A stretch of 32,000 bases of DNA. Origin: an uncultured Chloroflexia bacterium (GTDB lineage: Bacteria; Chloroflexota; Ktedonobacteria; Ktedonobacterales; JADMIN01). The position numbers were made by a program, and so were the translations under genes. The DNA lies in NCBI GenBank assembly GCA_963718915.1, contig CAVRAI010000015.1, positions 840,001 to 872,000 on the forward strand, written 5' to 3'. Positions 6,951 through 16,550 of the stretch are shown here, piece by piece. Position 1 is the stretch's first letter; each line of letters begins with the position of its first letter. A model generated the notes under the pieces. That model searched no databases. It was given only the letters and a program-made list of their open reading frames with translations, and had not been told where the DNA came from.

Positions 6951-8909
6951 CTACAGATACGTCGTCAGCCAGCGCAGGATTCGCTCATCCATGTCGCGCA
7001 GGTGCTCGCGCTCGGCGGGTCCGTGTCCCTCGCGCGGATAGATCACCAGCTCCGTCGGTATCTGCCGTTCGAGCAGCGCCCGGTGGAACGCATAGGCCTG
7101 GTTGACGGGCACGCACGGATCTTGCTCGCCATGCAGAATGAGCGTGGGCGTTGTGATCTCGTCCGCGAAGGTGAGCGCCGAGTGGGCGCGATAGACCGCT
7201 GGCTGCTTGAGCGGATCGGCGGCAAGGATGCGCATATCCCAGTCGGGGATATTGGTCTGCGCGTGGAAGCTGTGATAGTCACAGACGCCCGCGCCCATCA
7301 TCGCCGCCTTGAAGCGCCGCGACTGGCTGATGGCCCACGCCGTCATGAAGCCGCCGTAGCTCCAGCCGATGATGCCGACTCGCTCGCCATCGACCAGCCC
7401 CTGGGCGACCAGATAATCTATGCCGCTGAGGATGTCTTGCAGGTCTTTGCCGCCCGCATCCCCCAGCACCGCATCGGCAAAGGCGATACCACGTCCCAGG
7501 CCGCCGCGTATATTCGGCTGGAGCACGGCGAACCCAGCGCTGGCGCAGATCTGACCCCACATGACTCCGCCGCGCCAGTCCGTCTGCCAGGCAGCGGATG
7601 GGCCGCCATGTATCTGCACCACTAATGGCGGCGGTGAGCCGCGCGTCGCGGTGAGCGGCCGGATAAACAGCCCCTCGATGCGCCATCCGTCGGCGCTCTC
7701 CCAGGTGATTACCTCGGCAGGCGCGAGCACTGTGGTTTCCTCGATCAGCGCGTTGAGATGGGTGACTTGTCGCCATTCCAGCCGCGCGTCCGCGCCAGTG
7801 GCGTCGGTAAGCTCGCCTACCCAGACATCGGACGGGTGCAGCCGGTCGGAGGAGTGGGTGACACAGCGGCGCAGGTCAGGTGTCGTCGAGAGCCTCGGGC
7901 CGCCACCGCCGCCGATGATGAAGTCGCGCGAGAGTGGGGTGAGCGCGCCGTTGGCCACCTCCAGCAGCCCCACCTGGTGCGCCACGCCATCCCAGCCCGC
8001 GTAGAGCATGCGCGCGCCATCAGGGAACCAGCGCACCCAGCTTGGGCTGAACTCCACCCCCGGCGTGAGATTGCGCGGTTCGCCGCCCGCCGCCGGGATG
8101 ACGAAGACCTCGCCGCCCACCAGCCCGCGATCACTCCACTCGCCTGATAGGTAGGCGATGCGACTGCTATCTGGCGACCAGGCGAGCGCCGCCGCCTGCC
8201 GGGTGAGCTGGGTCAGCCGACGCACAGCGCCACCCTCTGCTGGAACTGTGCCGACCTGGCCCCGATACCAGTCGGTCTCGCCGGGGCCAGCCGAATAGTA
8301 GACGGCGAATTGCTGGCCGTCAGGCGACCAGGCGTACTCCCAGATGGTGATGTTAGCGGGCGTCACAGGCGCGGGCTGATCGCTCGTCAGCTCCACGATC
8401 CAGAGGCGGCGGTGTCGGTCGGGCGCGACCACCACGGGATCTTTCGCTGGCTCGTCTCCTTCCCACGTCAGCAGCGCCAGGCGGTTGCCATCGGGCGACC
8501 ACTCGAACGATTCGACGCCGTTGGGCAGTATGCAGAGGCGGCGCGGAGTTCCGCCACCCGCTGGCATGACGTAGATTTGCGCCTTGCTGCCGCCCTGCTC
8601 ACCATCGCGCGTCGAGAGAAAGGCAAGTTGCTGGCCATCTGGCGACCAGCGCGGATGGGTGTCGTTGCCCGGCCCTGCGGTCAGCGCGGTGGCTTGCCCG
8701 ACATTAAGTGGGACGGTCCAGATGCGGGCGACTGACTTTGGCTGGTCCGCGGCCCAGTCGCGCAGCACGAACGCGGCGCGGCTGCCATCGGGGTGAATGG
8801 CCTCGTCGTCGGGGGTGCGCGTCTGTCGTATGCTCGCTGATGTGGCTGGCACGCGCGCTGGCTCCAGGCGCATGCCCTCGTTCGCTGCGGTTGTTCGGGT
8901 GTTCGTCAC
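6951..8909 (-). CDS. S9-family serine peptidase (prolyl oligopeptidase / acylaminoacyl-peptidase type) with N-terminal TolB-like beta-propeller
   Basis: Repeated W/F-SPDG propeller motifs. Nucleophile elbow GWSYGG, then GEQDPCVP (Asp) and EGHG (His). GTG start is preceded by GAGGAG. Confidence 0.85.
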   Translation of the reverse strand: MTNTRTTAANEGMRLEPARVPATSASIRQTRTPDDEAIHPDGSRAAFVLRDWAADQPKSVARIWTVPLNVGQATALTAGPGNDTHPRWSPDGQQLAFLSTRDGEQGGSKAQIYVMPAGGGTPRRLCILPNGVESFEWSPDGNRLALLTWEGDEPAKDPVVVAPDRHRRLWIVELTSDQPAPVTPANITIWEYAWSPDGQQFAVYYSAGPGETDWYRGQVGTVPAEGGAVRRLTQLTRQAAALAWSPDSSRIAYLSGEWSDRGLVGGEVFVIPAAGGEPRNLTPGVEFSPSWVRWFPDGARMLYAGWDGVAHQVGLLEVANGALTPLSRDFIIGGGGGPRLSTTPDLRRCVTHSSDRLHPSDVWVGELTDATGADARLEWRQVTHLNALIEETTVLAPAEVITWESADGWRIEGLFIRPLTATRGSPPPLVVQIHGGPSAAWQTDWRGGVMWGQICASAGFAVLQPNIRGGLGRGIAFADAVLGDAGGKDLQDILSGIDYLVAQGLVDGERVGIIGWSYGGFMTAWAISQSRRFKAAMMGAGVCDYHSFHAQTNIPDWDMRILAADPLKQPAVYRAHSALTFADEITTPTLILHGEQDPCVPVNQAYAFHRALLERQIPTELVIYPREGHGPAEREHLRDMDERILRWLTTYL

Positions 8910-8939
8910 TGCTATCTCCTCAGGCGACTATTCGGTCTA

Positions 8940-9749
8940 TCACGAATGCTGAGCCCGCAGCCGGTCGAAGGCAATGCGCAGGCCGCGCAGCAGCAGGTTA
9001 GGGTCCACGATATCAATACAAGGGGTGACTCCGGCCATGACATCGGCCAGTCCACCGTGCGCGATCACCTTCGCGCGCGCGCCGCCGGGGATCTCGTCGC
9101 GCAGTCGCGCCACCAGCCCCTCCACGAGCCCGACATGCCCGAAGACGATGCCCGACTGCATGTTGGTGGCGGTATTCTTGCCGAGCGCATGTGGTGGTGG
9201 CTTCAGTTCCACCTGGTAGAGGCGCGACGCCGCGCTCGCCAGCGCCTCGGCGGAGATGCCCAGCCCCGGCGCAATCGCTCCGCCGAGGTAGTCGCCCTCA
9301 GGAGAGACGCAATCGAAGCTGGTCGCTGTGCCAAACTGGATGACGATGGCAGGGCCTCCGTAGATGCGGTGAGCGGCCAGTGTGCTTATCATGCGGTCGG
9401 CGCCGATCTCCCAGGGATTATCCACCAGCAGCCGGATGCCCAGATCGAGTTGGTGGGTGATGACGATGGCTTCGCAGCCGAGATACTGGCTCGCGAGCGC
9501 CTCGAAAACTGGCGTGAGTGGCGGTACGACGCTGGCCAGGATGACATCGCCGATATCTTCCAACAATAGCCCGGCCTGCTGGCAGAGACTGGCCAGCAGT
9601 GCGGCGTACTCGTCAACGGTCTTCTCGCGCACCGTCGCGACCCGCCAGCGCGCGCGCAGTTCATCACTCTCGTGCGGGTAGAGTCCGAACTTGATTCCCG
9701 TGTTGCTACAATCTATCGCCAGTAGCAGAGAGCGCTCTGCTTTTACCAT
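8940..9749 (-). CDS. coaX: Type III pantothenate kinase
   Basis: LLLAIDCSNTGIKFGLY phosphate-1 motif and ASKHA fold motifs (IVIQFGTATSFD, GGAIAPG). It lies 30 nt upstream of the S9 peptidase on the same strand. Confidence 0.85.
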   Translation of the reverse strand: MVKAERSLLLAIDCSNTGIKFGLYPHESDELRARWRVATVREKTVDEYAALLASLCQQAGLLLEDIGDVILASVVPPLTPVFEALASQYLGCEAIVITHQLDLGIRLLVDNPWEIGADRMISTLAAHRIYGGPAIVIQFGTATSFDCVSPEGDYLGGAIAPGLGISAEALASAASRLYQVELKPPPHALGKNTATNMQSGIVFGHVGLVEGLVARLRDEIPGGARAKVIAHGGLADVMAGVTPCIDIVDPNLLLRGLRIAFDRLRAQHS

Positions 9750-10057
9750 GAGATGCTCCGAATCTCGCGCGTCGCGTGGGCCATCACTTCGCCAGATCGC
9801 CTGATGCGACGTTGTACGACATTGGCCCGCCCCTGCGGCGATTGTAGGCTTGCGCTATTGTTGCGGTCAAGCGCCCGCGCGGCATTGACGTGAATTTGAC
9901 GGCGCACTGTGCAGGGGCGGCACGCGAATTGTACAATGAGAGGAATCCGCGAATGTCCCGGAGCATCTCAGCACTATCAGAGCTTTCCTGGCGCAGGCGA
10001 GGAAGGCAATACGAGCGATACGATTGAAACTTCCCCATTGTGGAGGTCAGCGAAACC

Positions 10058-11353
10058 ATGAACGCGGGAACCAATTTCAGCACAAACCGTCCGTGGCCAC
10101 CGAGCGAAGGGCGCGGGATGAACACGATGGCGAGCGTGACACAACAGACGGCGCAGCAGCGGTTCACCGCGAGCGAACGGCAGCGGAGAGGCCGCCTTGT
10201 ACGGATCGTCTCGCTTGGCTTGCTGATTGCCATGGGGCTGTTGATTCCGACATCGCTGATTCCTACGCCAGATATCGTTACCCTGATCACCGTGCTGATC
10301 GTCTTCGTCGGCGCTGGGGCGGGGTATCTGCTGAACCGCATGCGGCTGGTCAACGCGGCTGGCTATTCGGTCTTAGTCGGTGGCATGCTGGCGCTTGGCT
10401 GGGAAGTCGTCGCGCAGTCATTGCGCCAGGGTGGGCTTGATCTGAATGACCTGCGCGTCTATGACCTCTTTGTGCTGCCGATCATCCTCTCCGCGATCCT
10501 GGTCACGCGGCGAGGGCCGGTGATCGTCGCGTTAGTCTCCATCGCCTTTACCATCACTTCGATCATCCTGCTTCCTAAGTCGCCTACGCTGCAACAATAC
10601 TGGGATGGCACGTATCCGTATGCGCTCGGATCGTCATACGATGTCGTCATAGTGCCGGTAGTCCTGCAGGGGCTGGCAGCGGTAGCGGCCTGGCTCGGCG
10701 CGGATAGCGTTCGCCGGGCGCTGCTCCAGGCGTATCAGGTGGAGGAAATCTCGGCTGCGAAGTTGCAAGTCGAAGATCAGCAGCGGCGGCTGCAACGCGG
10801 TATTGCCCATATCCAGCAGGTGCATTCGGCTGTCGCGCACGGTCAGTGGGATGCTCGCGCGCAGGTGGAGGCTACCGAGCTAATACCCGTCGCAGTCAGC
10901 CTGAACCTGCTGCTGGATCGTATCTCACGGCTTACCCGCGACCAGGAACAGCGCCAGCGTGTGGATCGCACGGCCCATGAACTGGCGCAGGCATTGCGGC
11001 GGCTACGGCTTGGCGATGGGTATTCGCCGCCTGCCTTTACGGGCACCTCCTTCGATGAAGTGTTGATGGAGCTGGATGTACTGCGCACTGTGCGTCCGAC
11101 TTCGAGGCCGCCGACCTCGAGTGCGCCGAGTCAGGGGAGCGTTCCCGGCTGGCCGAGTGGCTCCGGAAGCCAGACGAGCGTGCCACCACCTGGGCCTCCG
11201 CCTCCGTGGAGAGTGTCTGGCCCATCCCAGGGAAGTACTCCGGGCAACAACGGCGGCAACACTGGAGGCAACACTGGCGCGCCGCAATCGTGGCCAGCTA
11301 TACAGCCGGACGGTGAACATCCCACCCTGCCCCAGTGGCTGCGCGAAAGCTAA
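10058..11353 (+). CDS. Hypothetical polytopic membrane protein with coiled-coil/HAMP-like segment and Pro/Gly/Ser-rich C-terminal tail
   Basis: About 5 hydrophobic helices, then a heptad-like region (GQWDARAQVEATELIPVAVSLNLLLDRI resembles HAMP AS2) and a low-complexity tail (PPPGPPPP, GGNTGGNTG). Start is ATG 10058 or GTG 10040. Confidence 0.6.
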   Translation: MNAGTNFSTNRPWPPSEGRGMNTMASVTQQTAQQRFTASERQRRGRLVRIVSLGLLIAMGLLIPTSLIPTPDIVTLITVLIVFVGAGAGYLLNRMRLVNAAGYSVLVGGMLALGWEVVAQSLRQGGLDLNDLRVYDLFVLPIILSAILVTRRGPVIVALVSIAFTITSIILLPKSPTLQQYWDGTYPYALGSSYDVVIVPVVLQGLAAVAAWLGADSVRRALLQAYQVEEISAAKLQVEDQQRRLQRGIAHIQQVHSAVAHGQWDARAQVEATELIPVAVSLNLLLDRISRLTRDQEQRQRVDRTAHELAQALRRLRLGDGYSPPAFTGTSFDEVLMELDVLRTVRPTSRPPTSSAPSQGSVPGWPSGSGSQTSVPPPGPPPPWRVSGPSQGSTPGNNGGNTGGNTGAPQSWPAIQPDGEHPTLPQWLRES

Positions 11354-11377
11354 CGGATAGCGACGGAAGGATGTGGT

Positions 11378-12088
11378 ATGGAATTGCTTCCCGATATCCA
11401 CCTGATCGACGGGGTGAATTCCAACGCCTATCTGATTATCGAGCCAACGGGCCTGACCCTGGTGGATTCCGGCCTGCCCGGCAGCGACCAGAAGATCCTG
11501 GCCTACCTCCGCGGGCTGGGTAAGGCTCCGTCGCAAGTGAGCCGAATTCTGCTGACGCATCAGCATGTGGACCACGTTGGCGGCGCGGCTGAGCTGGCCT
11601 CACTCAGCGGGGCGGAGGTGATTGCTCATCCGCTGGATACGCCAGCCATCGAAGGAACCGCGCCGCGCGATATACCGTCAGGCCCGCTGGCCATCGTCTT
11701 CCGCTCCATGCTGCTGCCACGGCTTCGCCCCGTCGCGGTGACACGCCAGGTGCGGGCAGGCGAGACGTTGCCAGTTCTGGCGGAGGATGGCGGCTTGCAG
11801 GTGATTGAGACGCCAGGCCATACGCTTGGCCAGATCGCGTTTTATCTGCCGGGGCGTCGTCTACTCTTCGCGGGCGATACGTACCGTCATACCCGACGTG
11901 GCGAGGTAGCCATCCCCTTCAAAATGTTCAACCGCGATACTCCTCAGACGTTCGCTTCACTCGCCTCGCTCGGCACGCTGGCAATTGATATCAGCCTGCC
12001 TGGGCATGGCAAGCCAATGGCGCATGGCGCGGCTGAACCAGTGGCGCGCGCCGTGAAAGCCGCTCGACGCTCGTCCGCGAGCCGCTAA
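11378..12088 (+). CDS. MBL-fold metallo-hydrolase
   Basis: HQHVDHVGG (HxHxDH) motif with later TPGHT and D/H ligands. GGAAGG RBS. Starts 24 nt after the preceding gene. Confidence 0.85.
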   Translation: MELLPDIHLIDGVNSNAYLIIEPTGLTLVDSGLPGSDQKILAYLRGLGKAPSQVSRILLTHQHVDHVGGAAELASLSGAEVIAHPLDTPAIEGTAPRDIPSGPLAIVFRSMLLPRLRPVAVTRQVRAGETLPVLAEDGGLQVIETPGHTLGQIAFYLPGRRLLFAGDTYRHTRRGEVAIPFKMFNRDTPQTFASLASLGTLAIDISLPGHGKPMAHGAAEPVARAVKAARRSSASR

Positions 12089-12181
12089 GCCTGGTTGACG
12101 CAAAGACATATCACGACGCTATAGTCTGCAACAGGGATTCTCCTCACTATTCGCGATGACGCCGTTTTGAAGTGGTGGGAT

Positions 12182-12577
12182 ATGGCGGATGATGCCACGG
12201 CAAGTACGATAGACAAAGATAGACGGCTCCGTCAGGCCGAATTGGCGATAAGCCATGTGCTGCGCGGCGGTGTGCTTATCAGCGCGGCGATTATCCTGCT
12301 GGGTGTCGTCTGGTTCTACCTCCAGATGGCGGTGATCGGACACGCAACCCTCACCTATCCGCGCTCGGTCTCCGACGTTGTGCGGGAGCTTGCCCAGGGT
12401 GATCCGCTGGCTCTCGTTACGCTGGGATTGCTGATCCTGCTGTTGACGCCTATACTGCGCGTGGCGATCTCTATCGTCATCTTCGCCATCGAGCGCGACT
12501 GGCTCTACACCGTCATCACGCTGGTGGTGCTGCTGATTCTGCTCGTCAGCTTGCTACTTGGTCGGGGAGGCGCATGA
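12182..12577 (+). CDS. DUF1634-type small membrane protein
   Basis: About 130 aa with 3-4 TM helices, directly coupled to a TauE/SafE gene, which is the usual pairing for this family. The alternative TTG start is at 12167. Confidence 0.7.
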   Translation: MADDATASTIDKDRRLRQAELAISHVLRGGVLISAAIILLGVVWFYLQMAVIGHATLTYPRSVSDVVRELAQGDPLALVTLGLLILLLTPILRVAISIVIFAIERDWLYTVITLVVLLILLVSLLLGRGGA

Positions 12578-12578
12578 G

Positions 12579-13439
12579 ATGGCAGCGCCACCACATCTGC
12601 TCTTCTTTCTGCTGGTCCTCACCGCGTCTATCGCCGCCGGACTGATTGGTTCGCTGGTGGGGCTGGGTGGTGGTGTCTTCGTCGTGCCGCTGCTGACGCT
12701 GGTGTTTGGGTTGCCACTCCAGGAGGCCATCGGCGCGTCGATCATCTCCGTGATTGCCACGTCGAGCGGAGCCGCCGCCGCGTATCTGCGTGACCACATC
12801 ACCAATATGCGTGTTGGCATGTTTCTGGAGATTGCGACGACGCTGGGCGCCATCACAGGCGCATTCCTGACCGCCATCGCGCCGACCGGGCTGCTTTTTC
12901 TCATCTTTGGCCTGGTGCTAGCCTTCTCTGCCGCGCCACTGATTATGCGCTTCGGCGAGGAACTGCCGCAAGGCGTGAAGAATGACCGCTGGGCAGAGCG
13001 GCTGAGTCTGGCGAGCAGCTATCGTGATGAGCGGCTCGGGCGCACCATCCCGTATCAGGTGACGCATGTGCCGCTGGGCGTCGCGATGATGTATGTCGCG
13101 GGGACCATCTCCGGCCTGCTGGGCATCGGCAGCGGCACGTTCAAGGTGTTGGCGATGGATACGGCGATGCGCCTGCCGGTAAAGGTCTCGACGACGACCA
13201 GCAATTTCATGATCGGCGTGACGGCGGCGGCCAGCGCAGGCATCTACTTCGAGCGCGGCGACATCAATCCCGTAGTGGCGGCGCCCGTTGCCCTGGGAGT
13301 GCTGGTGGGCGCGACGATTGGCGCGCGGACGCTAACGCGTCTCTCGAACCGTTCGATCCGCAAGCTGTTCGTCCCCATTCTCTTCTTCATCGCGCTCTCG
13401 ATGCTGATTCGTGGCGCATCGATTCTGCTCGGTGGCTAG
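12579..13439 (+). CDS. TauE/SafE (TSUP, DUF81) family anion exporter
   Basis: Duplicated 4-TM architecture with GLGGG and GIGSG motifs. ATG 12579 lies 1 nt after the upstream TGA, with GGGGAGG as RBS. The track TTG at 12558 is less likely. Confidence 0.85.
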   Translation: MAAPPHLLFFLLVLTASIAAGLIGSLVGLGGGVFVVPLLTLVFGLPLQEAIGASIISVIATSSGAAAAYLRDHITNMRVGMFLEIATTLGAITGAFLTAIAPTGLLFLIFGLVLAFSAAPLIMRFGEELPQGVKNDRWAERLSLASSYRDERLGRTIPYQVTHVPLGVAMMYVAGTISGLLGIGSGTFKVLAMDTAMRLPVKVSTTTSNFMIGVTAAASAGIYFERGDINPVVAAPVALGVLVGATIGARTLTRLSNRSIRKLFVPILFFIALSMLIRGASILLGG

Positions 13440-14830
13440 CGACTCCCTGCCAGCACTCGCTCGATTGCCGCCGCTGCCTGGTAGCCTGTCTGTAGTGCGG
13501 CATGCACGGTGCCAGTCTCGCCCTGGGTGTTGGTGGCCTCGCCCGCGATGAACAGTGTATCTTCCACTGGTTCCCCCAGCGCTCCGGGAGCGTTCAGCCC
13601 GCCCGCGCAGACGTAGCTATAGCCACCGCTGCTGAAGGGGTCGGCGCTCCAGTTATGCACGAATCTGCCTGTCAGCAAGGCATTCAGGTCATCGCGGCCG
13701 ATACTAAGCGCTCGTGACAGGGCGGCAACCGCCTCGTCGGCGATCTCGTCGCTCGTTAATGTGGCCATCCTGGCGGCGCGTGGTCCCGCGGCCCATCCGG
13801 TGAGCATCGGCGCGACGACCGGATGTGACGTCCACCACGTCGCCATCACCGGATCATTGGAGAAGAGGAACGAGAGGCGGGGTAATGCAAGCGATTCGCG
13901 ATTGGCCTGGCGTGCCTGCGGCAGCGCATCCCAGAAGGGCTCGTTGAAGAGCAGTACCACCTTCATCGCGTGGCCCATCTCCAGATACGCGAATGTGTCG
14001 CGCTTACCCGGAGGCTCCGGCAGCAGCCGTAGCGCGCCCGGCGAGTCTGGATCGTCGAACGAGCGTTTGAGCACGGCTAATGGCGCCGTGATGAGGGCGG
14101 CGCGTGCGCTGATCTCGCCAAGGGGCGCGCCAGCGAGCGATTCCATCTGCACTTCCACGTGGCCGCGCTGCCAGCGTATCTCGCGGGCAACGGTCCGCAA
14201 TCGCAGGTCGGACGCTGCGCCAGGAGAGCCGCCAAGCCATGCCAGCACGCGGTCGTAGCCATCCAGCACGCGAAACTGGCGGTCACCGTCTATCGCGTCT
14301 GATGCCAGCTCGGTCTGCCGAAGCCAGGCGACGCTGACGCGATCCACCTCGGCGGCGTCGAATCCCTCGGCGTAGCCACGGATCTGCTGGCGTGCGGCGG
14401 CCCAGCGCTCGCCCGCGAATCGCTCATCGAGCAGGGATTGGAGGGTGCGGTCTTCACCCTGCCAGTTGTGGATCGCGGCGAAAATCGCGCCAACATCACC
14501 CTCATCGGCCTCGTTGTCATCGTCGTCCGCTTCATCGTCGTCGCTGTGCAGACGCCCGTCGCGTGCGGCCCAGGAGTTGCCGGTCTGTTCGTAGAGGCGC
14601 AGACCCGCCTCCGCGGCTATCGCGAAGGTCTCTTCTGGTCGCCCATGAACGAAGTCAGCGCCAAGCTCGATAGGCAGCGTCGCACCGGGCGGGCGAATGG
14701 TGTAGACGCGCCCACCGATGCGGTCGCGCGCCTCCACCAGCGCCACTGTGCGCCCAGCACGGGCCAGCGTTGCGGCGGCGGCCAGCCCCGCCGCGCCCGC
14801 GCCGATGATGATGACATCGTAGTCGGCCAT
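13436..14830 (-). CDS. FAD-dependent amine oxidase family oxidoreductase
   Basis: N-terminal dinucleotide fold DVIIIGAGAAGLAAA...VEARDRIGGR. C-terminal FAD motif LFIAGEAT. Carries an acidic insert DDDEADDDDNEADEGD (14495-14542). Confidence 0.85.
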   Translation of the reverse strand: MADYDVIIIGAGAAGLAAAATLARAGRTVALVEARDRIGGRVYTIRPPGATLPIELGADFVHGRPEETFAIAAEAGLRLYEQTGNSWAARDGRLHSDDDEADDDDNEADEGDVGAIFAAIHNWQGEDRTLQSLLDERFAGERWAAARQQIRGYAEGFDAAEVDRVSVAWLRQTELASDAIDGDRQFRVLDGYDRVLAWLGGSPGAASDLRLRTVAREIRWQRGHVEVQMESLAGAPLGEISARAALITAPLAVLKRSFDDPDSPGALRLLPEPPGKRDTFAYLEMGHAMKVVLLFNEPFWDALPQARQANRESLALPRLSFLFSNDPVMATWWTSHPVVAPMLTGWAAGPRAARMATLTSDEIADEAVAALSRALSIGRDDLNALLTGRFVHNWSADPFSSGGYSYVCAGGLNAPGALGEPVEDTLFIAGEATNTQGETGTVHAALQTGYQAAAAIERVLAGSR

Positions 14831-14844
14831 ACGATTCCTCGCTT

Positions 14845-15378
14845 TTAAGCCTGTGGCTGCCCTGGATGTTCATGAGTTGTCATCGCCCACTGCGCCAGCG
14901 CGCTGCCAATGCGACCACCTATCACACTGAGTAGCAAGCCAGCGCCATTGAGCACGGCAAGTGTGCCCAGGATAGTGGCCAGTGTTCTAAGCTCTTCGGC
15001 AGGGTCATAAAGCCCCCATTCATGGGGTGCTCTGGGATTGAAGATATGGGGCGTGTTGGTATAACGTAGAAAGATGACAGCGAAAATCAGCGCAATTGCA
15101 AGCATAAAGACCGCGAAGCCAACAAATCCCACACGGAAGCCAATCGAGCCGCCCTTCAAGCCCTCAGAATGCCGTTGGTGGCAGAACCAGTAGCCCGCGA
15201 CAGCAGGAATGACAAGATAGAGTGGCAAACCAACCAGGACGGCTTGCAGCGGTAAGAGTCGACTGGTATACGACATGCCGACGCCAAAAAGGCTGACTTC
15301 AAGAAGCGCCAGCGGTAACCCAAAGATGAGGGCGTGTCGCCAGCTTCGCCATTTCGACCATGGGATAGTCTGCTCCAT
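14845..15378 (-). CDS. Hypothetical 4-TM membrane protein
   Basis: 177-aa ORF with four hydrophobic helices and a GAGGAG RBS. It ends 14 nt upstream of the amine oxidase start. A paralog lies immediately upstream. Confidence 0.65.
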   Translation of the reverse strand: MEQTIPWSKWRSWRHALIFGLPLALLEVSLFGVGMSYTSRLLPLQAVLVGLPLYLVIPAVAGYWFCHQRHSEGLKGGSIGFRVGFVGFAVFMLAIALIFAVIFLRYTNTPHIFNPRAPHEWGLYDPAEELRTLATILGTLAVLNGAGLLLSVIGGRIGSALAQWAMTTHEHPGQPQA

Positions 15379-15445
15379 TCGACTGTCTCCTCTTCCAGAT
15401 GCGCCTGGACCTGCACGTATTGTCGTCCATTGACAGTGTAGCCGT

Positions 15446-15966
15446 CTAGCTGAAGCGCTGCTCGCGTGCCCGACGCCGCTTTACGCGCCAGATCGCCAGT
15501 GCTCTGCCAAGGCGAACGCCGCCCGCGCTGAACGCCAGGGCAACAACATTGAGAAAGGCAAGAAATAGCAGCGCTATCAATGCGATTGAACGGTCGAAGG
15601 CAGGTGAGCCGTATAGGCGCGGATCGTATGGATGAGGTGTGTTGTCAGAGATAATAAGCGAAACGATCATCAATACGGCGGCGCACAGCATGAAACAGGC
15701 GCATCCGACCAGCGCAACGATAAATCCTGTCCCGCTGGTGTCCCAGCCTTCGCGCCGTCTGCGCCAACGAAACAGGTATTCGATAACGCCAGGCGATGAG
15801 GAAAATAGAGGAGCCAGTCAAAGAAGGCGGCGTTCCATAGGGGTAGCGCGGTGGGCTGTGTCGCGGCGACGGCAAAGAGGCCGAGTTCGAGCAGTCCTAA
15901 CGGTAGGCCCAACAAGAACACAAGCTGCCAGTCTCGCCGGTTGGGATGTTGTTCTTCGTGGCGCAT
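15446..15966 (-). pseudogene. Frameshifted tandem paralog of the 14845-15378 membrane protein
   Basis: The N-terminal ~50 aa (frame of ORF 15670-16026, from ATG 15966 with GGGAGGA RBS) aligns to the paralog N-terminus. The C-terminal ~123 aa (frame of ORF 15446-15691, open from 15817) aligns to the rest (PLF..P.V..Y.F...R.EG...G.GF.V..VG.A.FML...NTPH..PR). The frames differ by -1 around 15805-15820. Confidence 0.6.
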
Positions 15967-16064
15967 CGAGGTGTCCTCCCGCTCATATGCTCCGATGGCA
16001 GCAAACGCGCGCCTTTGTTGAAGCATACGGCGAGAGGAGAGGATACATCACAGACTTGCAGGCT

Positions 16065-16454
16065 TTATAGCGCGGCGAAGAGATCGACGGTGTTGCCGTC
16101 GGGATCGACGACGACGGCGTAGCGCTGGCCCCAGAAGGCGTCCCACGGCGCTTTGTGGCTGGTGTAGCCCGCCGCGACGATACGCTCATGCAGCGCGTCC
16201 ACCTCCGCCGGGGTGTCGCACTTGAAGGCGAGCGAGATACGCTGCCCCACCGGATTCTCGACGAAATCGGGGTAGATGCCCTTTATCATTTCCAGGCTAT
16301 CCCAGGCGATGCGGTAGCCGTTGGGCGTGATGACCTCGACGTGCGGCTCGCCCTCCACGCCTTCGGGTACCTCAAGCTCCAGCAGCCGATAGAAGCGCAG
16401 CGTGGCCGCCATATCGCGCACCACCATACCCACCATGTCAGGACGTACAGCCAT
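16065..16454 (-). CDS. VOC-family protein (glyoxalase / bleomycin-resistance / dioxygenase fold)
   Basis: 129 aa with an N-terminal beta-alpha-beta-beta-beta module (VGMVVRDMAATLRFY) and a C-terminal DPDGNTVDLF motif typical of the VOC superfamily. Confidence 0.85.
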   Translation of the reverse strand: MAVRPDMVGMVVRDMAATLRFYRLLELEVPEGVEGEPHVEVITPNGYRIAWDSLEMIKGIYPDFVENPVGQRISLAFKCDTPAEVDALHERIVAAGYTSHKAPWDAFWGQRYAVVVDPDGNTVDLFAAL

Positions 16455-16550
16455 GCAAATCGCCTACTTTCCTTTGTCGCTCGCCGCTCACTGAGTGAAC
16501 GGGTTTCATCACTTCTGACAGCATACCTGAACAATGGTGACACTCCTATG

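Noticed and set aside
9784-10353. 189-aa minus-strand ORF spanning the coaX / membrane-protein intergenic region.
   Set aside because: It overlaps the 5' end of the better-supported plus-strand membrane protein. Its sequence is Arg/Ser/Cys-rich and unstructured, with no RBS.
12095-12125. Possible promoter TTGACG-N19-TATAGT upstream of the DUF1634/TauE pair.
   Set aside because: The 19-nt spacer is longer than optimal and there is no supporting TG extension. It is too weak to list as a feature.
13436-13439. Convergent TauE and amine-oxidase genes share overlapping stop codons within CTAG (GCTAGC), with no intergenic terminator.
   Set aside because: A 4-nt convergent overlap is common in compact high-GC genomes. 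There is no evidence of functional significance.
15817-15823. prfB-like CTT TGA C heptamer on the minus strand at the frameshift site of the split membrane-protein paralog, suggesting programmed +1 frameshifting.
   Set aside because: The heptamer sits in the C-terminal frame, downstream of only a 6-codon mini-ORF. A +1 slip there would move into the dead-end N-terminal frame. The shift actually required is -1 from the N-terminal frame, and there is no X-XXY-YYZ slippery site. A simple indel is more likely.
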